Below are positions 49,847 through 59,017 of a DNA stretch of 64,000 nt, piece after piece. Position numbers and translations under genes: made by a program. A model generated the notes under the pieces. The model was not told where the DNA came from. It was given only the letters and a program-made list of their open reading frames with translations, and did no database searches. The stretch is taken from assembly GCA_964644695.1 (NCBI GenBank), contig CAZXWN010000002.1, positions 186,001-250,000 on the forward strand. Reading direction: 5' to 3'. The number at the start of each line of letters is the position of its first letter. Position 1 is the stretch's first letter. This stretch comes from an uncultured bacterium. GTDB taxonomy: Bacteria > UBP4 > UBA4092.

Positions 49847-52416
49847 GGTGTCCGATGGATAAGGATCAATTCCGGGGACCCATTACACATAAACTTTCTG
49901 ATGGTACTGGTCTCACCCAGCGGATGGATGATGCAATAAAACCAGATGCTTCATTAGAGGATGTCCTGAAGCCGAGTGATAAGATTGATAACCGTTATTC
50001 AGTCCTGTCAGGTCCTTTGGGTGGTAAAACAGGCGAAGCTGAAGTCTATCAATGTCGTGATGAAGACAGTGGCTCTATAGTTGCTGTAAAGCTGTATAGG
50101 AATACATCGAAACCCCGACAGGAAGTTATTGATCAATTACTAAACCTCAAGCATCCTCATCTGGTAGAACTGAAGAGCGCTTCCATTTGGCAGGGACGAT
50201 TTTATGAGGTTATGGAATTTTGCTCAGGTGGAGTTTTGGCTGAGCATCTTCCTTTATCTGAATCTATATTGAGAGAATTATTGCCAGACATATTATCTGG
50301 ATTGGAATATTGCCATGACCAGGGAATTGTTCACAGGGATATTAAACCTGGGAATTTGTATTATCGGGATGAGGACAAACAAGAAATAATCATCGGTGAT
50401 TTTGGGATCAGTTCATATCTTTCAGAAGATCATTCCCACCGAACGCAGTCCTATATGAACTTAACATTGGATTATGCTGCTCCTGAATTATTGAATCGGG
50501 AGGAAGTCAGTCCAGCAACAGATTTTTATGCATTGGGTATTACTCTTCTGCATTCTTTGCTGGGAGCTTCTCCATTTGCTGAGGTGAATAATCCAAATGC
50601 AATATTGTCTGCACACCTAATGGGGCGAGTTCCCCGAGGTGATAAGATCAGTACTTCTTTTAATCAATTGATTGACGGATTATTGCAGGTAAGGCCTGAA
50701 AATCGCTGGGGTGCTATTCAGGTTAGGCAGTGGCTTCAGAATGAACCTATTCTAACTTCTCAAGGAACACAATGGCATGCTGAATTTACTACAGGATTAG
50801 AAGTTCCTTTTCCTGGATTTCCTGAGGCCTGCACACCTCAGGAATTAGCCCAGAATTTGGACCGGTTTAATGCTGAGAGACATTTGTTCCGAGGAGATAT
50901 CTATCGTTGGGTGTTTGACTATTTTGATTCGCGGATGGCGGAACAAATTCAATCACTTGAAGAAGTTTATGCCGAAAATCATCATGTTGGAGTTTTTAAG
51001 CTGCGCTATATTTTGGACCCAACATACCCTTTGGAGATTGAAGGCTTAACAATTAAAAATGCTGAGGATTTATATGATTTGCTGGCTCATGAATTAGATG
51101 CCATTACTGAAACCCGCCTGGCATATATTTTATACAGTGGGTTGCTCGAAGCTTGGTTGACGGCGACTCAACCTCTGGAATGGGTGAATTCCATATTACC
51201 TGGTATTCATAATATTATTGAAAACCAACCTGACAAGAAACTGGGATTATTTCAGTTCCGATATTTAATTAATCCAGCTTTGGGTTTTTCTGTTAATGAG
51301 TCTATTGTTTTACGGAAGCCAGAAGATTTAACAGAGTTGGGAGTATCTAATCCAGAGTATATGGATATAATTTGTGAGCATTACAAGTCTGGTCGGTATG
51401 TGGCCTGGTTACAAATAGCATTCCCGGGTCGAAGTGATTTAATTGAAAAGATCTCTCAATTAAAGAAAGATTTTGTGGCCAAAATGTTTGCTCAGGAGTT
51501 TTTTGCCTTCCTTTGCCTTATTGATTCGGCATACCCTTTTCCCTTTCTGAATTCATTCTGTCGTACTCCTGAGGAGCTGGCCCATAGTATTGATGTTTCA
51601 ACTGAGGCAACACAGGAAGGTATACGGTTAATGAACGAAGACTGGATTCGGGTCTGGCTTGTATATACAGGGCGATTGGTTAATTTAAACTCTTTTCAAC
51701 AGATCATGAATTGTTCTTCTAAAAATGATGAAGAAAAAATGGAAAATCTACTGCATGTATTAGACCCTGTTTTGGTATGGCCAGAATTAGTGGTAAATAC
51801 TGATTTTGTCGATTTTGGTAAGGTTTTCACAAATGAAACATATACTCGAGAGATTGTTATTAGAAATCGTGGTCGTGGATATTTGTCTGGATTATCGTTT
51901 ATTCAACAGGATGATGAGCAGGCTTTAAGTATTGAGCCTGATCAGCTGTTGGGTAATTATGTGGTCATGAAGATTACTTTGAATACCGTAGGATTGCCTG
52001 TTAGTCCCAAGCACCGTGTTTTGTTAATAATTGAAACTAATGGTGGTAATTTAGCTATTCCTATAACATACCAGACCAAAGTGCATTATTTTCCAGTTTT
52101 AGGAAAAGTACTGTTAGTAGGATTATTGGTTGGTGCCACTTTGGGATTATATCGATATTTGATTTTAATTTCGGCTCCCGGGATGGTGTTTTCTTTTCCA
52201 CCACAATTTCCAGACAATTTAGTAACCACCTTAGGAATGATGTCGAGATTATCGTTATTTAACTCTGTGCCCATGTTTCTCTTTTGGATGAACTTTCTTG
52301 TTATTCTTTTGATCCAGTTATTTTATACCTTTTATCAGTTGGGACTGAACATGCTTTGTTATATGGATCGAAAAAGAAATAATAGGGATATTATTGAAGA
52401 ACAAGGGTTAGATTAA
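49843..52416 (+). CDS. Hanks-type Ser/Thr kinase with internal repeats, Ig-like domain and C-terminal TM helices
   Basis: VAVKLY, HRDIKPGN, DFG, YAAPE, DFYALG; VDFGKV..IRNRGRGYLSG..TNGG Ig-like segment; start may be 49855. Confidence 0.9.
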   Translation: MRCPMDKDQFRGPITHKLSDGTGLTQRMDDAIKPDASLEDVLKPSDKIDNRYSVLSGPLGGKTGEAEVYQCRDEDSGSIVAVKLYRNTSKPRQEVIDQLLNLKHPHLVELKSASIWQGRFYEVMEFCSGGVLAEHLPLSESILRELLPDILSGLEYCHDQGIVHRDIKPGNLYYRDEDKQEIIIGDFGISSYLSEDHSHRTQSYMNLTLDYAAPELLNREEVSPATDFYALGITLLHSLLGASPFAEVNNPNAILSAHLMGRVPRGDKISTSFNQLIDGLLQVRPENRWGAIQVRQWLQNEPILTSQGTQWHAEFTTGLEVPFPGFPEACTPQELAQNLDRFNAERHLFRGDIYRWVFDYFDSRMAEQIQSLEEVYAENHHVGVFKLRYILDPTYPLEIEGLTIKNAEDLYDLLAHELDAITETRLAYILYSGLLEAWLTATQPLEWVNSILPGIHNIIENQPDKKLGLFQFRYLINPALGFSVNESIVLRKPEDLTELGVSNPEYMDIICEHYKSGRYVAWLQIAFPGRSDLIEKISQLKKDFVAKMFAQEFFAFLCLIDSAYPFPFLNSFCRTPEELAHSIDVSTEATQEGIRLMNEDWIRVWLVYTGRLVNLNSFQQIMNCSSKNDEEKMENLLHVLDPVLVWPELVVNTDFVDFGKVFTNETYTREIVIRNRGRGYLSGLSFIQQDDEQALSIEPDQLLGNYVVMKITLNTVGLPVSPKHRVLLIIETNGGNLAIPITYQTKVHYFPVLGKVLLVGLLVGATLGLYRYLILISAPGMVFSFPPQFPDNLVTTLGMMSRLSLFNSVPMFLFWMNFLVILLIQLFYTFYQLGLNMLCYMDRKRNNRDIIEEQGLD

Positions 52417-52418
52417 AT

Positions 52419-52754
52419 ATGAGATATTATCTGATAATCTTGGGAAGCATGGCCTTAATGCTGTTAGGATTTTGGTGGATTGTCTCTTTGACCCCAGGAT
52501 TTTACTATATTGCTCTTGGATCAGTTCGGTTATACGGGTATCTTTTATCAGCTCTTGATGGATTGTTGGGATGTGTCAGATACGTCCCGATATATGTATC
52601 TTGGGGCATTATAGGGATGATGGGAACCTTTCTGATATATGGAGGGTGGGTTGTAAGAAATGAAATGCATCTAAGTAAATTGGGTATCATTCTCAACTTG
52701 GCGGCATTTCTATTTTTTGCCATATTAGTTGCATGGGGATTGGTGATTGGATAA
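52419..52754 (+). CDS. Small hypothetical membrane protein
   Basis: 111 aa, about 3 TM helices, starts 2 nt after the kinase stop. Confidence 0.65.
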   Translation: MRYYLIILGSMALMLLGFWWIVSLTPGFYYIALGSVRLYGYLLSALDGLLGCVRYVPIYVSWGIIGMMGTFLIYGGWVVRNEMHLSKLGIILNLAAFLFFAILVAWGLVIG

Positions 52755-52799
52755 AAAAAAGAAACCCACGACAATGTCGAGGGTTTTAGTGGGCAAAAA

Positions 52800-52875
52800 T
52801 GGTGGAGACGACGGGGGTCGAACCCGTGACCTTCAGACTGCCAGCCTGACGCTCTCCCAATTGAGCTACGTCCCC
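52800..52875 (-). tRNA. tRNA-Ala(GGC)
   Basis: Revcomp GGGGACG...CGTCTCCACCA with G3:U70, anticodon loop CTGGCAG, 76 nt. Confidence 0.97.
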
Positions 52876-53242
52876 ACTGGTGCAATGAATTAATTTTACC
52901 AAGATTTGGTTGACCTGCGCAAGTAGCAAATCGTCAATCTGTTAAAAAACTTTCATAATACACTGATTATTTGATTAAATGAGTGCCAAAATTCGTTTTA
53001 AGAGTGAAATGTTTGGCAGATTTAGATTTATGTTGTTACAGATAGTAATCTAAGTGAGCGTTTGAGTGGTACTTTATGATAGAGGAACCGTTTAATATGT
53101 AATCCTCTGGTTCTGGAGGCTTATCAGTTCAAATGTTGGATCGTTGAAGTCAACTCGTAAGGGTATATGGTGATATAATTCATAGGACTTGGGCTTACAG
53201 GCCTGAATGTCATATTTTTATTGAAAATAAACAGGTTAATGC

Positions 53243-54994
53243 ATGATTCGTAAAGGTAAAAAATTACTGGGTGAGATGTTATTAGAAAAAGGTCTCATTC
53301 AACAGGACCAATTGGAAGAAGCTCTTCGCCAGGCAAAACAATCTGGAGCACGGGTTGGTGAAGCCTTAGTGAAGTTGGAGTATGTTACTGAGGAAGAAGT
53401 CCTTATGGCCCTGGCTGAACAGCTAGGGTTAAAATTTCTTAAGTTAAAAAATTACAATATCCCTCCCCAAGTTATTCAAAAGATTCCCGCCAAACATATT
53501 CTTCATTACAATGTCATCCCTGTCAAAGAAGACCGGGGTGTTCTCTATCTTGCTATGAACGATCCACTAAATATCAGTATTCTGGATGATATCCGATTAC
53601 TGGTAGGGGAAGATGTTGAACCTGTGGTGGCTACTGATGAAGAAATTGAGGATGCCATTAAAAAGTACTATGGTATCGGTGCTGCCACTATGCAGCAGAT
53701 GGATGCTCAAGATACTCAGACCGCCGAAAAAATACGAAGTTTGGAAATGGTGGGAAGTGAAGATACTGAAATATCTTCGACAGGAGATATGTCTGAAGAT
53801 GCTTCCATCATTTCTTTTGTGAATCAGATATTTGCTGAAGCTTTTGATGGTAAGGCGACGGATATCCATATCGAACCCTTTGAAAAAGATTTGAGAGTAA
53901 GGTATCGAATTGATGGTTTACTGTACGAAGTCCCTGTACCCGCTGCCATTAAGCGATATCAAGCAGCGATTACATCCCGTATCAAGATTATGTCCAACCT
54001 GAATATTGCAGAACGACGGTTACCTCAGGATGGTCGTATAGAATTGCGGATGAGCGGAATGGCCTACGATCTTCGAGTTTCTACGATTCCAACCGCATAT
54101 GGTGAGTCTATCGCCATTCGTATCTTGGATAGAAGCAGTGTGCTTTTGTCTCTGGAACACCTTGGATTGTCTGATGAAGGTTTGCAGAAATTCAATGTTA
54201 TGTTGAAACGCCCCCATGGAATTATTCTGGTAACGGGACCGACTGGTTCAGGTAAGACGACTACTTTGTATGCCTGTCTTAATAAAATCAACTCCATAGA
54301 TAAGATGATTATTTCTATTGAAGATCCTATTGAGTATGAATTACACGGCATAAATCAGATTCAGGTCCAGGATAAAATTGATTTGAGCTTTGCCAGATGC
54401 CTGCGCGCTATATTACGGCATGACCCTAATATCATTCTCGTTGGAGAAATTCGTGACCATGAGACCGCTGAAATTGCTATTCAAACGGCATTAACAGGGC
54501 ACTTGGTTTTCTCTACACTCCATACAAATGATGCTGCAGGAGCTGTTACCCGCCTTTTGGAAATGGGAATTGAGCCCTACTTAATTTCTTCATCAGTAGA
54601 AGGAATGGTGGCTCAGCGTCTGGTTCGATTAATTTGTGAAAACTGCAAAAAAGAATATACACCCGATCCCGGTACTGTCGAAATGATAATGAATGCACTC
54701 CCCGAAAATGACCGGCCCAAAGGTGATATTAAACTTTATCGAGGCGCGGGATGTGAAGCTTGTCGGTTTACTGGATTTAAGGGCCGTACAGCAATCTATG
54801 AAATCATACTATTGAATGAAAAGATCAAAACTCTCATTATGCAGCAAGCTAATGCTGGGCGCATCAAACAACAAGCTGTTGAACAGGGGATGAGAACTTT
54901 GCGCCAAGATGGTATGCTGCGAGCCCTGGCCGGAAAAACAACCGTTGATGAAGTCCTTCGTGTTGCCCAGGAAGAAGAAGTTATAGACGAGTAG
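53243..54994 (+). CDS. gspE: Type II secretion / type IV pilus assembly ATPase (GspE/PilB)
   Basis: MshEN-like LLGEMLLEKGLI N-terminus, ATDIHIEP, GPTGSGKTT, VGEIRD, two CxxC Zn motifs. Confidence 0.92.
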   Translation: MIRKGKKLLGEMLLEKGLIQQDQLEEALRQAKQSGARVGEALVKLEYVTEEEVLMALAEQLGLKFLKLKNYNIPPQVIQKIPAKHILHYNVIPVKEDRGVLYLAMNDPLNISILDDIRLLVGEDVEPVVATDEEIEDAIKKYYGIGAATMQQMDAQDTQTAEKIRSLEMVGSEDTEISSTGDMSEDASIISFVNQIFAEAFDGKATDIHIEPFEKDLRVRYRIDGLLYEVPVPAAIKRYQAAITSRIKIMSNLNIAERRLPQDGRIELRMSGMAYDLRVSTIPTAYGESIAIRILDRSSVLLSLEHLGLSDEGLQKFNVMLKRPHGIILVTGPTGSGKTTTLYACLNKINSIDKMIISIEDPIEYELHGINQIQVQDKIDLSFARCLRAILRHDPNIILVGEIRDHETAEIAIQTALTGHLVFSTLHTNDAAGAVTRLLEMGIEPYLISSSVEGMVAQRLVRLICENCKKEYTPDPGTVEMIMNALPENDRPKGDIKLYRGAGCEACRFTGFKGRTAIYEIILLNEKIKTLIMQQANAGRIKQQAVEQGMRTLRQDGMLRALAGKTTVDEVLRVAQEEEVIDE

Positions 54995-55006
54995 AATTAA
55001 AACACT

Positions 55007-56248
55007 ATGCCAAAGTATTTTTACAACGCCCGAGATAAAAACGGAAAAATGGTTACTGGAAACATGGATGCACCGACCCGTGACCAGTTTATTTCTCGTC
55101 TTCAGACGATGGGGCTTTTCCCAATATCCATTTCGGATGATGAATCTCAAATGGATCGGTCTCTGTTAAAAAAGATAGGTAGCCAGGAAGCTGTCGTTAC
55201 TGTCCGGGGCCGGGTAAAGACCCGGGATGTAACTCGTTTTACCCGACAATTATCTGATCTTCTGGCATCAGGTCTAACACTTACCAGTGCTCTCCGGATT
55301 CTTACCAATCAGACAGAAAACCCAAGACTAAAAGAAGTTCTGAAGATTGTCGGCAGCGATGTGCAAGGCGGTAGTACACTAGCAGAAGCCATGGGAAGAC
55401 ATCCCAGAGTGTTTTCAAGATTATTTGTCAGTATGATTCGTGCCGGAGAAATAGGAGGCCTGCTGGAGAATGTTTTAATCCGGTTGGCTGATTTTCTTGA
55501 AAAAGAAGATGAATTAAAAGGAAAGATTCTCTCCGCGCTTGCTTATCCAATGGTTATGCTGTTTGTGGGTTTCTCGGCCATCTTATTGTTGATTACATAT
55601 GTTATCCCACGATTTGTAAAAATGTTTGATGAGCTAGGTGCTGATTTACCCTTACCCACCAAGATATTGATCGGCATTAGTGGTTTCTTCCAGAGCTACT
55701 GGTTATTTATTTTAGTCGGGTTAGTTGTCTTCGGAATAATCGTCCAGAGGACACTGAAGACTACGGAAGGTCGCCGAATGTTGCATCTATGGCAATTAAA
55801 GATCCCTCTAATTGGTGACTTGATATTAAAACGCGAAATTGCCCAGTTTGCGAGGACATTTGGTGAGTTGTTGCGTAATGGGGTGAATATTCTTCAAGCG
55901 TTGCAGATATCGTCCGATACGATGAACAACCAGATTATGGCAGAGGAAATTTCTAAAATCAGAACCAATATCAGCGAAGGTGAAAAAGTATCCGATCCCT
56001 TAAAAAACAGTGCTTATTTCCCTCCGGTTGTGGTAAACATGATTGCCGTAGGGGAAGAGTCAGGGCATCTGGAAAATGTACTAACCAAAATCGCGGTTTC
56101 CTATGAGAACGAAGTGGATCGTTCCATCAAAACGGTTACTTCATTATTTGAGCCAGCCATTATTCTGGTCATGGGTGTGATAGTTGGAGCTATTGCGATT
56201 AGTATGTTGTTGCCGGTATTTACCTTGAACCTTTCAATGACCAAATAA
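55007..56248 (+). CDS. gspF: Type II secretion F / PilC platform protein
   Basis: FTRQLSDLL, AGEIGGLL, ALAYP, LPLPT, VGEESG. Confidence 0.92.
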   Translation: MPKYFYNARDKNGKMVTGNMDAPTRDQFISRLQTMGLFPISISDDESQMDRSLLKKIGSQEAVVTVRGRVKTRDVTRFTRQLSDLLASGLTLTSALRILTNQTENPRLKEVLKIVGSDVQGGSTLAEAMGRHPRVFSRLFVSMIRAGEIGGLLENVLIRLADFLEKEDELKGKILSALAYPMVMLFVGFSAILLLITYVIPRFVKMFDELGADLPLPTKILIGISGFFQSYWLFILVGLVVFGIIVQRTLKTTEGRRMLHLWQLKIPLIGDLILKREIAQFARTFGELLRNGVNILQALQISSDTMNNQIMAEEISKIRTNISEGEKVSDPLKNSAYFPPVVVNMIAVGEESGHLENVLTKIAVSYENEVDRSIKTVTSLFEPAIILVMGVIVGAIAISMLLPVFTLNLSMTK

Positions 56249-56264
56249 GTCAGGATGTCAGATA

Positions 56265-56792
56265 ATGGCATGTAATTCTACCCATCATAAATCAAGTTCC
56301 GGTTTTACATTATTGGAAATTCTGATTGTCGTTGTTATCGTTGGGATTATGGTGACAGCGGCAGCCCCATCATTCCGTGCTTTCTATTTACAGTCCATAG
56401 AGAAGGATGGAGTGACTACTCTTGTTACTACACTTCGAACGGCACAAAACCTGGCTATTATAAACCGAGTGGATATAAAGGTTGAGTTTGAACCCGATAA
56501 ACGCCGTTACCGGATAATCCCAGATGCCTCAATGCTTAAATCATACCGGGATGAACAGATTCCCAAATACGCAAGATTCCATTATTTACCTGAAGGGATG
56601 GCTTTTGGAGAGTTGGATTTTACAAATTCTGAGCAGGATGATCCGACTATAAAGGCGAAGTCTTTTTACTTCTATCCCAATGGTTCCAGTGATGGGGGGA
56701 AGATTTCATTAAGTGGTCACCAATTGGGCAGTACGAAAATTGAGATTCGGAAAACATCGGGGATGGTAGAAATTAAAGATAGCACTGAATGA
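56265..56792 (+). CDS. Minor pseudopilin (GspH/FimT-like)
   Basis: G|FTLLEILIV prepilin site; FYFYPNGSSDGG C-terminal motif. Confidence 0.8.
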   Translation: MACNSTHHKSSSGFTLLEILIVVVIVGIMVTAAAPSFRAFYLQSIEKDGVTTLVTTLRTAQNLAIINRVDIKVEFEPDKRRYRIIPDASMLKSYRDEQIPKYARFHYLPEGMAFGELDFTNSEQDDPTIKAKSFYFYPNGSSDGGKISLSGHQLGSTKIEIRKTSGMVEIKDSTE

Positions 56793-56804
56793 GTTAATGA
56801 TAAT

Positions 56805-56846
56805 AAAAGCGGTTCTGAAGAAAAAATCTTCAGAACCGCTTTTTTT
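56805..56846. terminator. Bidirectional terminator between convergent genes
   Basis: AAAAGCGGTTCTGAAGA / TCTTCAGAACCGCTTTT. Confidence 0.85.
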
Positions 56847-56862
56847 GTTTAAAGACGTTTGC

Positions 56863-57480
56863 CTATGGACCCGAAATAACGATGTTTCCACGGCTGATGG
56901 TTCCATTCGATGGGTCATAAACCCATACATAAGGCATATCAACTTCCAAGGCTCCGGGGTAAGTATTTTGTGCAAAATGCCGGTCAGGGCCTTTGGAAAT
57001 CAATACCCACATGGCAGGATTGCCTTGTGTTTGTCCGTTTGGATAGATGAGCCAGCTCCAGGCCTGACTTTTTATGTCAGTCCGGTCATAGTATCTTTTA
57101 GTTGCATACCAGTAGTTATTTGTGACACCCCAGGCTGTATAGGGATCTGTAGGTGCTACCTCTCCAAAGGGGTCTTTGGCAAGACTGGTGATATAGGCAA
57201 TCGGTGTGGTGATTCCTGTATCCAGTTCCCATTCTGTGACAGAACCGTCATAACCGCCGTTCAATTGGATCATACGCTTTTCATGAGACACCAGAGGATA
57301 GTCATTATTATCAACGAAATAGGACTCAATGGCGACCGCTGTGGAGCGCATATCCGATTTGGTTCGTGATACTTTTGCTCGAATTTGAGCGGCCAGAAAG
57401 TTTGGAATGGCTATCGCAGCGAGAATAGCGATGATGGCAACAACAATTAATAACTCAATTAATGTAAATCCTTTTTTCAT
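56863..57480 (-). CDS. Pilin/pseudopilin paralogue 1
   Basis: G|FTLIELLIVVAIIAILAAIAIPNF; TPIAYI, DPF, SKGPD, YDPSNGTISRGNI. Confidence 0.9.
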   Translation of the reverse strand: MKKGFTLIELLIVVAIIAILAAIAIPNFLAAQIRAKVSRTKSDMRSTAVAIESYFVDNNDYPLVSHEKRMIQLNGGYDGSVTEWELDTGITTPIAYITSLAKDPFGEVAPTDPYTAWGVTNNYWYATKRYYDRTDIKSQAWSWLIYPNGQTQGNPAMWVLISKGPDRHFAQNTYPGALEVDMPYVWVYDPSNGTISRGNIVISGP

Positions 57481-57538
57481 GTAATATCAACTCCTCTCAT
57501 TTATGGTATTTAGCAATCAACCGCAACTTTATCACAAT

Positions 57539-57554
57539 TAGACACCCGTGTGAA
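57539..57554 (-). promoter_or_regulatory. Conserved upstream motif of pilin 1
   Basis: TAGACACCCGTGTGAA identical to 59674-59689; minus strand reads TTCACA-N17-TAAAGT. Confidence 0.6.
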
Positions 57555-57712
57555 CAGAAATATTACTGTCTCGGCAGGGGGGTAAAATAAACCCGCTGAA
57601 GAATGCTTTATGTTATTGATTTATGAAGATTAATAATGAATTAGGTGTTGATAAAAAAAACGAACCCCGCATAATCAGTTTACACAGGGTTCGCTTTTAA
57701 GTTTGTAGATTT

Positions 57713-58288
57713 CTATGGACCAGAAATAACGATATTGCCACGGCTGATGGTTCCATTGGTTGGGTCATAAGCCCAGACATAAGGCTCGTTTGTTTCCATG
57801 GTTCCTGGATAGGATGCCTGAGCCCAACACATATCCGGACCCTTGGACATCAAGACCCATTTAGAGACATTCCCAGAACGATAGCCTGCCGGATAAACAT
57901 TCCAGGTAAAGTTCCGCGAAGGACTTTGAGCATATTCCTGGGTGGCATACCAATAATCATTTGTGGTCCACCAGTTATTACTGGCAAGATTAAAGACATC
58001 ATACGCTGCAGATTTGCCGAAGGGATCTTTTCCGGAAGAAGAAATATAGGCTATTGGAGTGGACAGCCCCATCGGGAAGCTATAACCAGCCCCAACTTCG
58101 GGGTAATCATTATTATCAACATAATAACTCTCAATCCCTGTGGCAATAGTTCTCATATCAGCCTTGGTACGGGATACTTTGGATCTGACTTGGGCGGCGA
58201 GGAAGTTGGGAATGGCAATGGCGGCCAGAATGGCGATGATGGCAACGACAATTAATAATTCTATTAAGGTGAATCCTTTGGATTTCAT
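57713..58288 (-). CDS. Pilin/pseudopilin paralogue 2
   Basis: MKSKG|FTLIELL start at 58288; YDPTNGTISRGNI end. Confidence 0.9.
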   Translation of the reverse strand: MKSKGFTLIELLIVVAIIAILAAIAIPNFLAAQVRSKVSRTKADMRTIATGIESYYVDNNDYPEVGAGYSFPMGLSTPIAYISSSGKDPFGKSAAYDVFNLASNNWWTTNDYWYATQEYAQSPSRNFTWNVYPAGYRSGNVSKWVLMSKGPDMCWAQASYPGTMETNEPYVWAYDPTNGTISRGNIVISGP

Positions 58289-58315
58289 TGTTGAAAATTC
58301 TCTTTCGTGGTGTCT

Positions 58316-58357
58316 AAAAAAAGAACCTGTCCTGTTGAAGGACAGGTTCTTTTTTTT
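58316..58357 (-). terminator. Terminator hairpin between paralogues 3 and 2
   Basis: AAAAAAAGAACCTGTCCT-gttga-AGGACAGGTTCTTTTTTT. Confidence 0.85.
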
Positions 58358-58368
58358 ACACATAAATA

Positions 58369-58938
58369 CTATGGACCTGCAATAACGATATTGCCACGGC
58401 TGACGGTTCCATTGGTAGGATCATAAAGCCAGTCAAACGGCTCATCGACCTCGAGAGTTCCGGGGTAACTTGACTGAGCCCAACACATATCTGGGCCTTT
58501 TGATTGTAATACCCATTTAGCAGTATTTCCTGAACGATGGCCTCCTGGATATACATACCAACCAAAATTGTAGCGAATAAAATACTCTTCTGAGGCATAC
58601 CAGTAATCTTCTGTTGTGCGCCAAGTGTTACTGGCTTGGTTATAAATATCGTAACCTGCAGATTTACCGAAGGGATCTTTTCCTGCCGAGGTAATATAAG
58701 CTATTGGAGTTGATAAGCCTTTGGGAAATCCCATATCGTTTTCCACTAAAGGATATGAATTACTGTCAACATAATAACTCTCAATACCTGTGGCAACGGC
58801 CCGCATGTCGGCCTTAGTACGGGATACTTTGGACCTGACCTGGGCGGCGAGGAAGTTGGGAATGGCTATCGCAGCGAGAATTGCGATGATGGCAACGACA
58901 ATTAATAATTCTATTAAGGTGAACCCTTTATGTTTCAT
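58369..58938 (-). CDS. Pilin/pseudopilin paralogue 3
   Basis: MKHKG|FTLIELL; YDPTNGTVSRGNI. Confidence 0.9.
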   Translation of the reverse strand: MKHKGFTLIELLIVVAIIAILAAIAIPNFLAAQVRSKVSRTKADMRAVATGIESYYVDSNSYPLVENDMGFPKGLSTPIAYITSAGKDPFGKSAGYDIYNQASNTWRTTEDYWYASEEYFIRYNFGWYVYPGGHRSGNTAKWVLQSKGPDMCWAQSSYPGTLEVDEPFDWLYDPTNGTVSRGNIVIAGP

Positions 58939-58965
58939 TACTCATAACCCTTTCTTAATTTATTT

Positions 58966-59003
58966 AAAAAAAGAACCTGCCCTGTCAAAGAGCAGGTTCT
59001 TTT
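58966..59003 (-). terminator. Terminator hairpin between paralogues 4 and 3 (homologous to 58316-58357)
   Basis: AAAAAAAGAACCTGC...GCAGGTTCTTTT. Confidence 0.8.
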
Positions 59004-59017
59004 AAAATCAAATAATT

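Noticed and set aside
44573-52875. Seven-gene operon as a tRNA-Ala-integrated island
   Set aside because: It abuts the tRNA 3' end, but I found no integrase and no duplicated tRNA 3' sequence at the other boundary.
56797-57369. 190-aa plus-strand ORF after gspH
   Set aside because: Antisense to pilin 1 and runs through a terminator.
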